A DNA stretch of 64,000 nucleotides from the human T2T-CHM13v2.0 reference genome, Homo sapiens. The stretch is from NCBI RefSeq assembly GCF_009914755.1, contig NC_060946.1. One strand, given 5' to 3'. This document shows positions 1 through 11,200 of the stretch, piece after piece. Below the pieces are notes generated by a model that made no database searches, was not told where the DNA came from, and saw only the letters and a program-made list of their open reading frames with translations. The first letter of the stretch is position 1; each line of letters begins with the position of its first letter. Made by a program: the position numbers and the translations under genes.

Positions 1-365
1 CACCCAGGCGATATAACTCTTCTGTAGGATCTGACCACAGGGTGCTTTGTGACATATGCCTGCAATGATCACCCAGGTGATATACCACTTGCCAAGGCTC
101 TGCCTACAGGGGCATTGCAATGTATCTCTGCACTGATCACCTAGGTCTTGTAGCTCTTTTCTAGGATCTGCCTACAGGGTGCTTTGTGACGTGTCCCAGC
201 AAGGATTACCCAGGTGATGTAACTCTCATCAAGGCTCTGCCTACAGGCACATTGTGATGTATCTCTGCACTGATCACCTAGGTCATGTAACTTTTTTCTA
301 GGCTCTACCTACGATGGCATTGTGACATATCTCTGCACTAATCATCCAAGTGATGTAACTCTTGT

Positions 366-2271
366 CTAGGATGTGCCTAAATTAACTTTTTGACATAACC
401 CTGTACTGATCATCCAGGTGATGGAGCTTTTGTCTAGGCTCTGCCTAAGGGGGCATTGTGACATATTTCTGCAGTAATCACCCAGGTGGCGAACTCTTCT
501 CTCGGATCTGCCTAAGGGGGCATTGTGAGAAATCTCTGCACTGATCACCCAGGTGATGTAACTGTTGTGTAACCTCTGCCTACAGGGGAATTGTGAGAGA
601 TCTCGTCACTGATTACCCAAGTGATGTAACCATGGTCTAGGCTTTGCGTACAGGGGGCTTTGTGACATACCTTTGTACTGATCACCCGGGTGATGTAACA
701 CATCAAAGTTCGGCCTAAAGGAGCCTTGTGACATATCTCCGCACTGATTACTTAGGTGATGTAACACTTTTATAATCACTGCCTACAGGGAAATTTGACA
801 AATCTCTGCACTGATCACCGAGGTTATGTAACTCTTGTCTACCCTCTGTCCAACGGGGCACTGTGAAATATCTCTGCACTGATCACCCAGGTGATTCAAC
901 TCTTGACTAGGAACTGCCTACAGAGGATGTTGTGAAATATCTCTGCACTGATAAACTAGGTGGTGTAACCCTTGTCCAAGCTCTGCCTACAGGGGCGTTT
1001 CCACATATCCCTGAACTGATGACAAAGGTGATGTAACAGTTGCCTAGGCTTTGCCTACAGGGAACATTGGACATATATCTGCACTGATCACCCAAGTGAT
1101 GCAACTCTTGCCTAGGCTTTGCCTACAGGGGACATTGTGACATATCTCTTCAATGATCTCTCATGTGATGCATCTCTTGCCTAGGCTTTGCCTACAGGGG
1201 ACATTGTGACATATCTCTGAACTGATCTCCCAGGTGCTGTAACTTTAGTCTAGGCTCTGGCTACACGGCATTGTGACATATCACTGCACTGATCAACCAG
1301 GTGATATAACTCTTGAATACGCTCTGCCTACAGGGGGATTGTGACCTACCTCTGCACTGATAACCCAGGTGATATAACTCTTCTCTAGGATCTGCCTACA
1401 GGGTACTTTGTGACATATCCCTGCACTGATCACCCAGGTGATCTAACTCTGGTCTAAGCTCTGCCTAAAGGGGCATTGTGACAGATCTCTGCACTGATGA
1501 CTCTGCTGATGTAAGTATTCTCTAGGCTCTGCTTCAAGGGGCCTTGTCACATATCTCTGCACTGATCACCCAGGTGATGTAACTCTTGTCTAGGCTCTGC
1601 TTCCAGGGCATATTGTGACATATCTATGCACTGATCACCTTAGTGATGTAACACTTTGGTAGGCTCGGCCTACAATGGAATCTTGACATATCTCTGCACT
1701 GTTAACCGAGGTGATTTAACTCTTGTCTAGGCTGTGCCCACAGGGGTATTGAGACATATCTCTGCACTGATCCCGAGGTGATACAACTCTTGCCTGGTCT
1801 CTGCCTACTGTGGACATTGTGACATATCTCTGCACTGATCTCCCAGGTGCTGTAACTTTAGTCTAGGCTCTGGCTACACGGCATTGTGACATATCACTGC
1901 ACTGATCACCCAGGCGATATATCTCTTCTCTAGGATCTGACAACAGGGTGCTTTTTGACATATCCCTGCAATGATCACCCAGGTGATATACCACTTGCCA
2001 AGGCTCTGCCTACAGGGGCATTGCAATGTATCTCTGCACTGATCACCTAGGTCTTGTAGCTATTTTCTAGGATCTGCCTACAGGGTGCTTTGTGACGTGT
2101 CCCAGCAAATATTACCCAGGTGATGTACCTCTCATCAAGGCTCTGCCTACAGGCACATTGTGATGTATCTCTGCACTGATCACCTCGGTCATGTAACTTT
2201 TTTCTAGGCTCTACCTACGATGGCATTGTGACATATCTCTGCACTAATCATCCAAGTGATGTAACTCTTGT
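366..2271. repeat. Reference 28-monomer HOR unit (1906 bp)
   Basis: Landmark CTAGGATGTGCCTAAATTAAC at 366 and 2272; 1906/68 = 28.0. Contains the monomer GATCAACCAGGTGATATAACTCTTG.. at 1291. Confidence 0.93.
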
Positions 2272-5200
2272 CTAGGATGTGCCTAAATTAACTTTTTGAC
2301 ATAACCCTGTACTGATCATCCAGGTGATGGAGATTTTGTCTAGGCTCTGCCTATGGGGGCATTGTGACATATTTCTGCATTGATCACCCAGGTGGCGAAC
2401 TCTTCTCTCGGATCTGCCTATGGGGGCATTGTGAGAAATCTCTGCACTGATCACCCAGGTGATGTAACTGTTGTGTAACCTCTGCCTACAGGGGAATTGT
2501 GAGAGATCACGTCACTGATTACCCAAGTGATGTAACCATTGTCTAGGCTTTCCCTATAGGGGGCTTTGTGACATACCTTTGCACTGATCACCCAGGTGAT
2601 GTAACACATCTAAGTTCGGCCTAAAGGAGCTTTGTGACATAAATCTGCACTGATCACTTAGGTGATGTAGCACTTTTATAATCACTGCCTACAGGGAATT
2701 TTGACAAATCTCTGCACTGATCACCTAGGTGATGTAACTCTTGTCTACCCTCTCTCCAACGGGGCATTGTGAAATATCTCTACACTGATCACCCAGGTGA
2801 TTCAACTCTTGACTAGGAATTGCCTACAGAGGTTATTGTGAAATATCTCTGCACTGATAAACTTGGTGGTGTAACCCTTGTCCAAGCTCTGCCTACAGGG
2901 TCGTTTCCACATATCCCTGAATTGATGACAAAGGTGATGTAACCCTTGCCTAGGCTTTGACTACAGGGAACATTGGACATATATCTGCACTGATCACCCA
3001 GGTGATGCAACTCTTGCCTAGGCTTTGCCTACAGGGGACATTGTGACATATCTCTTCAATGATCACTCATGTGATGCATCTCTTGCCTAGGCTTTGCCTA
3101 CAGGGGACATTGTGACATATCTCTGCACTGATCTCCCAGGTGCTGTAACTTTATTCTAGGCTCTGGCTACACGGCATTGTGACCTACCTCTGCACTGATC
3201 ACCCAGGTGATATAACTCTTCTCTAGGATCTGCCTACAGGGTACTTTGTGACATATCCCTGCACTGATCACTCAGGTGATCTAACTCTGGTCTAAGCTCT
3301 GCCTAAAGGAGCATTGTGACAGATCTCTGCACTGATCACTCTGGTGATGTAAGTATTGTCTAGGCTCTGCTTCAAGGGGCCTTGTCACATATCTCTGCAC
3401 TGATCACCCAGGTGATGTAACTCTTCTCTAGGCTCTGCTTCCAGGGCATATTGTGACATATCTATGCACTGATCACCTTAGTGATGTAACACTTTGGTAG
3501 GCTCGGCCTATAGGGGAATCTTGACATATCTCTGCACTGTTAACCGAGGTGATTTAAATCTTGTCTAGGCTGTGCCCACAGGGGTATTGAGACATATCTC
3601 TGCACTGATCCCGAGGTGATACAAGTCTTGCCTGGTCTCTGCCTACTGTGGACATTGGGACATATCTCTGCACTGATCTCCCAGGTGCTGTAACTTTAGT
3701 CTAGGCTCTGGCTACACGGCATTGTGACATATCACTGCACTGATCACCCAGGCGATATAACTCTTCTCTAGGATCTCACCACAGGGTGCTTTGTGACATA
3801 TCCCTGCAATGATCACCCAGGTGATATACCACTTGCCAAGGCTCTGCCTACAGGGGCATTGCAATGTATCTCTGCACTGATCACCTAGGTCTTGTAGCTA
3901 TTTTCTAGGATCTGCCTACAGGGTGCTTTGTGACGTGTCCCAGCAAGGATTACCCAGGTGATGTACCTCTCATCAAGGCTCTGCCTACAGGCACATTGTG
4001 ATGTATCTCTGCACTGATCACCTCGGTCATGTAACTTTTTTCTAGGCTCTACCTACGATGGCATTGTGACATATCTCTGCACTAATCATCCAAGTGATGT
4101 AACTCTTGTTTAGGATGTGCCTAAATTAACTTTTTGACATAACCTTGTACTGATCATCCAGGTGATGGAGCTTTTGTCTAGGCTCTGCCTAAGGGGGCAT
4201 TGTGACATATTTCTGCATTGATCACCCAGGTGGCGAACTCTTCTCTCGGATCTGCCTATGGGGGCATTGTGAGAAATCTCTGCACTGATCACCCAGGTGA
4301 TGTAACTGTTGTGTAAACTCTGCCAACAGGGGAATTGTGAGACATCTCGTCACTGTTTACCCAAGTGATGTAACCATTGTCTAGGCTTTGCCTACAGGGG
4401 ACTTTGTGACATACCTTTGCACTGATCACCCAGGTGATGTAACATATCTAAGTTCGGCCTAAAGGAGCTTTGTGACATATCCCTGCACTGATCACTTAGG
4501 TGATGTAACACTTTTATAATCACTGCCTACAGGGAAATTTGACAAATCTCTGCACTGATCACCTAGGTTATGTAACTCTTGTCTACCCTCTGTCCAACGG
4601 GGCATTGTGAAATGTCTCTGCACTGATCACCCAGGTGATTCAACTCTTGACTAGGAACTGCCTACAGAGGTTATTGTGAAATATCTCTGCACTGATAAAC
4701 TAGGTGGTGTAACCCTTGTCCAACCTCTGCCTACAGGGGCGTTTCCACATATCCCTGAACTGATGACAAAGGTGATGTAACTCTTGCCTAGGCTTTGCTT
4801 TAAGGGAACATTGGACATATATCTGCACTGATCACCCAGGTGATGCAACTCTTGCCTAGGCTTTGCCTGCAGGGGACATTGTGACATATCTCTTCAATGA
4901 TCACTCATGTGATGCATCTCTTGCCTAGGCTTTGCCTACAGGGGACATTGTGACATATCTCTGCACTGATCTCCCAGGTGCTGTAACTTTAGTCTAGGCT
5001 CTGGGTACACGGCATTGTGACATATCACTGCACTGATAAACCAGGTGATATAACTCTTGTATAGGCTCTGCCTACAGGGGGATTGTGACCTACCTCTGCA
5101 CTGATCACCCAGGTGATATAACTCTTCTGTAGGATCTGCCCACAGGGTACTTTGTGACATATCCCTACACTGATCACCCAGGTGATCTAACTCTGGTCTA

Positions 5201-8200
5201 AGCTCTGCCTAAAGGGGCATTGTGATAGATCTCTGCACTGATCACTCTGGTGATGTAAGGATTGTCTAGGCTCTGCTTCAAGGGGCCTTGTCACATATCT
5301 CTGCACTGATCACCCAGGTGATGTAACTCTTGTCTAGGCTCTGCTTCCAGGGTATATTGTGACATATCTATGCACTGATCACCTTAGTGATGTAACACTT
5401 TGGTAGGCTCGGCCTACAGGGGAATCTTGACATATCTCTGCACTGTTAACCGAGGTGATTTAACTCTTGTCTAGGCTGTGCCCACATGGGGATTGAGTCA
5501 TATCTCTGCACTGATCCCGAGGTGATACAACTCTTGCCTGGTCTCTGCCTACTGTGGACATTGGGACATATCTCTGCACTGATCTCCCAGGTGCTGTAAA
5601 TTTAGTCTAGGCTCTGGCTACACGGCATTGTGACATATCACTGCACTGATCACCCAGGCGATAAAACTCTTCTGTAGGATCTGACCACAGGGTGCTTTGT
5701 GACATATGCCTGCAATGATCACCCAGGTGATATACCACTTGCCAAGGCTCTGCCTACAGGGGCATTGCAATGTATCTCTGCACTGATCACCTAGGTCTTG
5801 TAGCTATTTTCTAGGATCTGCCTACAGGGTGCTTTGTGACGTGTCCCAGCAAGGATTACCCAGGTGATGTAACTCTCATCAAGGCTCTGCCTACAGGCAC
5901 ATTGTGATGTATCTCTGCACTGATCTCCTCGGTCATGTAACTTTTTCTAGGCTCTACCTACGATGGCATTGTGACATATCTCTGCACTAATCATCCAAGT
6001 GATGTAAATCTTGTCTAGGATGTGCCTAAATTAACTTTTTGACATAACCCTGTACTGATCATCCAGGTGATGGAGATTTTGTCTAGGCTCTGCCTAAGGG
6101 GGCATTGTGACATATTTCTGCATTGATCACCCAGGTGGCGAACTCTTCTCTCGGATCTGCCTATGGGGGCATTGTGAGAAATCTCTGCACTGATCACCCA
6201 GGTGATGTAACTGTTGTGTAACCTCTGCCTACAGGGGAATTGTGAGACATCTCGTCACTGTTTACCCAAGTGATGTAACCATTGTCTAGGCTTTGCGTAC
6301 AGGGGGCTTTGTGACATACCTTTGCACTGATCACCCAGGTGATGTAACACATCTAAGTTCGGCCTAAAGGAGCTTTGTGACATATCTCTGCACTGATCAC
6401 TTAGGTGATGTAACACTTTTATAATCACTGCCTACAGGGAATTTTGACAAATCTCTGCACTGATCACCTAGGTGATGTAACTCTTGTCTACCCTCTGTCC
6501 AACGGGGCATTGTGAAATGTCTCTGCACTGATCACCCAGGTGATTCAACTCTTGACTAGGAACTGCCTACAGACGTTATTGTGAAATATCTCTGCAATGA
6601 TAAACTAGGTGGTGTAACCCTTGTCCAAGCTCTGCCTATAGGGTCGTTTCCACATATCCCTGAACTGATGACAAAGGTGATGTAACTCTTGCCTAGGCTT
6701 TGCCTACAGGGAACATTGGACATATATCTGCACTGATCACCCAAGTGATGCAACTCTTGCCTAGACTTTGCCTACATGGGACATTGTGACATATCTCTTC
6801 AATGATCACTCATGTGATGCATCTCTTGCATAGGGTTTGCCTACAGGGGACATTGTGACATATCTCTGCACTGATCTCCCAGGTGCTGTAACTTTAGTCT
6901 AGGCTCTGGCTACACGGCATTGTGACCTACCTCTGCAATGATCACCCAGGTGATATAACTCTTCTCTAGGATCTGCCTACAGGGTACTTTGTGACATATC
7001 CCTGCACTGATCACCCACGTGATCTAACTCTGGTCTAAGCTCTGCCTAAAGGGGCATTGTGACAGATCTCTGCACTGATCACTCTGGTGATGTAAGTATT
7101 GTCTAGGCTCTGCTTCAAGGGGCCTTGTTACATATCTCTGCACTGATCACCCAGGTGATGTAACTCTTGTCTAGGCTCTGCTTCCAGGGCATATTGTGAC
7201 ATACCTATGCACTGATCACCTTAGTGATGTAACACTTTGGAAGGCTCGGCCTACAGGGGAATCTTGACATATCTCTGCACTGTTAACCGCGGTGATTTAA
7301 CTCTTGTCTAGGCTGTGCCCACAGGGGGATTGAGACATATGTCTGCACTGATCCCGAGGTGATACAACTCTTGCCTGGTCTCTGCCTACTGTGGATATTG
7401 TGACATATCTCTGCACTGATCTCCCAGGTGCTGTAAATTTAGTCTAGGCTCTGGCTACACGGCATTGTGACATATCACTGCACTGATCACCGAGGCGATA
7501 TATCTCTTCTCTAGGATCTGACCACAGGGTGCTTTTTGACATATCCCTGCAATGATCACCCAGGTGATATACCACTTGCCAAGGCTCTGCCTACAGGGGC
7601 ATTGCAATGTATCTCTGCACTGATCACCTAGGTCTTGTAGCTATTTTCTAGGACCTGCCTACAGGGTGCTTTGTGACGTGTCCCAGCAAGGATTACCCAG
7701 GTGATGTACCTCTCATCAAGGCTCTGCCTACAGGCACATTGTGATGTATCTCTGCACTGATCACCTCGGTCATGTAACTTTTTTCTAGGCTCTACCTACG
7801 ATGGCATTGTGACATATCTCTGCACTAATCATCCAAGAGATGTAACTCTTGTCTAGGATGTGCCTAAATTAACTTTTTGACATAACCCTGTACTGATCAT
7901 CCAGGTGATGGAGCTTTTGTCTAGGCTCTGCCTAAGGGGGCATTGTGACATATTTCTGCATTGATCACCCAGGTGGCGAACTCTTCTCTCGGATCTGCCT
8001 ATGGGGGCATTGTGAGAAATCTCTGCACTGATCACCCAGGTGATGTAACTGTTGTGTAACCTCTGCCTACAGGGGAATTGTGAGAGATCTCGTCACTGAT
8101 CACCCAAGTGATGTAACCATTGTCTAGGCTTTGCCAACAGGGGGTTTGTGACATACCTTTGCACTGATCACCCAGGTGATGTAACACATCTAAGTTCGGC

Positions 8201-11200
8201 CTAAAGTATCTTTCTGACATAAATCTGCACTGATCACTTAGGTGATGTAACACTTTTATAATCACTGCCTACAGGGAATTTTGAGAAATCTCTCCACTGA
8301 TCACCTAGGTGATGTAACTCTTGTCTACCCTCTGTCCAACGGGGCATTGTGAAATATCTCTACACTGATCACCCAGGTGATTCAACTCTTGACTAGGAAC
8401 AGCCTACAGAGGTTATTGTGAAATATCTCTGCACTGATAAACTAGGTTGTGTAACCCTTGTCCAAGCTCTGCCTACAGGGGCTTTTCCACATATCCCTGA
8501 ACTGGTGACAAAGGTGATGTAACCCTTGCCTAGGCTTTGCCTACAGGGAACATTGGACAAATATCTGCACTGATCACCCAGGTGATGCAACTCTTGCCTA
8601 GGCTTTGCCTACAGGGGACATTGTGACATATCTCTTCAATGATCACTCATGTGATTCATCTCTTACCTAGGCTTTGCCTACAGGGGACATTGTGACATAT
8701 CTCTGCACTGATCTCCCAGGTGCTGTAACTTTAGTCTAGGCTCTGGCTACACGGCATTGTGACCTACCTCTGCACTGATCACCCAGGTGATATAACTCTT
8801 CTCTAGGATCTGCCTACAGGGTACTTTGTGACATATCCCTGCACTGATCACCCAGGTGATCTAACTCTGGTCTAAGCTCTGCCTAAAGGGGCTTTGTGAC
8901 AGACCTCTGCACTGATCACTCTGGTGATGTAAGTATTGTCTAGGCTCTGCTTCAAGGGGCCTTGTCACATATCTCTGCACTGATCACCCAGGTGATGTAA
9001 CTCTTGTCTAGGCTCTGCTTCCAGGGCATATTGTGACATATCTATGCATTGATCACCTTATTGATGTAACACTTTGGTAGGCTCGGCCTACAGGGGAATC
9101 TTGACATATCTCTGCACTGTTAACAGAGGTGATTTAACTCTTGTCTAGGCTGTGCCCACAGGGGTATTGAGACATATCTCTGCACTGATCCCGAGGTGAT
9201 ACAAGTCTTGCCTGGTCTCTGCCTACTGTGGACATTGTGACATATCTCTGCACTGATCTCCCAGGTGCTGTAACTTTAGTCTAGGCTCTGGCTACACGGC
9301 ATTGTGACATATCACTGCACTGATCACCCAGGCGATATAACTCTTCTCTAGGATCTGACCACAGGGTGCTTTGTGACATATCCCTGCAATGATCACCCAG
9401 GTGATATACCACTTGCCAAGGCTCTGCCTACAGGGGCATTGCAATGTATCTCTGCACTGATCACCTAGGTCTTGTAGCTATTTTCTAGGATCTGCCTACA
9501 GGGTGCTTTGTGACATGTCCCAGCAAGGATTACCCAGGCGATGTACCTCTCATCAAGGCTCTGCCTACAGGCACATTGTGATGTATCTCTGCACTGATCA
9601 CCTCGGTCATGTAACTTTTTTCTAGGCTCTACCTACGATGGCATTGTGACATAACTCTGCACTAATCATCCAAGTGATGTAACTCTTGTCTAGGATGTGC
9701 ATAAATTAACTTTTTGACATAACCCTGTACTGATCATCCAGGTGATGGAGCTTTTGTCTAGGCTCTGCCTAAGGGGGCATTGTGACATATTTCTGCATTG
9801 ATCACCCAGGTGAGGAAGTCTTCTCTCGGATCTGCCTATGGGGGCATTGTGAGAAATCTCTGCACGGATCACCTAGGTGATGTAACTCTTGTGTAACCTC
9901 TGCCTACAGGGGAATTGTGAGAGATCTCGTCACTCATTACCCAAGTGATGTAACCATTGTCTAGGCTTTGCGTACAGGGGGCTTTGTGACATACCTTTGC
10001 ACTGATCACCCAGGTGATGTAACACATCTAAGTTCGGCCTAAAGGAGCTTTGTGACATATCTCTGCACTGATCACTTAGGTGATGTAACACTTTTATAAT
10101 CACTGCCTACAGGGAATTTTGACAAATCTCTGCACTGATCACCTAGGTGATGTAACTCTTGTCTACCCTCTGTCCAACGGGGCACTGTGAAATATCTCTG
10201 CACTGATCACCCAGGTGATTCAACTCTTGACTAGGAACTGCCTACAGAGGTTATTGTGAAATATCTCTGCACTGATAAACTAGGTGGTGTAACCCTTGTC
10301 CAAGCTCTGCCTACTGGGGCGTTTCCACATATCCCTGAACTGATGACAAAGGTGATGTAACACTAGCCTAGGCTTTGCCTACAGGGAATGTTGGACATAT
10401 ATCTGCACTGATCACACAAGTGATGCAACTCTTGCCTAGGCTTTGCCTACAGGGGACATTGTGACATATCTCTTCAATGATCACTCATGTGATGCATCTC
10501 TTGCCTTGGCTTTGCCTACAGGGGACATTGTGGCATATCTCTGCACTGATCTCCCAGGTGCTGTAACTTTAGTCTAGGCTCTGGCTACACGGCATTGTGA
10601 CCTACCTCTGCAATGATCACCCAGGTGATATAACTCTTCTCTATGATCTGCCTACAGGGTACTTTGTGACATATCCCTACACTGATCACCCAGGTGATCT
10701 AACTCTGGTCTAAGCTCTGCCTAAAGGGGCATTGTGATAGATCTCTGCACTGATCACTCTGGTGATGTAAGGATTGTCTAGGCTCTGCTTCAAGGGGCCT
10801 TGTCACATATCTCTGCACTGATCACCCAGGTGATGTAACTCTTGTCTAGGCTCTGCTTCCAGGGCATATTGTGACATATCTATGCACTGATCACCTTAGT
10901 GATGTAACACTTTGGTAGGCTCGGCCTACAGGGGAATCTTGACATATCTCTGCACTGTTAACCGAGGTGATTTAACTCTTGTCTAGGCTGTGCCCACAGG
11001 GGGATTGAGTCATATCTCTGCACTGATCCCGAGGTGATACAACTCTTGCCTGGTCTCTGCCTACTGTGGACATTGGGACATATCTCTGCACTGATCTCCC
11101 AGGTGCTGTAAATTTAGTCTAGGCTCTGGCTACACGGCATTGTGACATATCACTGCACTGATCACCCAGGCGATAAAACTCTTCTGTAGGATCTGACCAC

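Noticed and set aside
768-776. TTTTATAAT once per HOR, resembling a TATA/-10 box
   Set aside because: It is a diverged monomer position with no other promoter evidence in the sequence.
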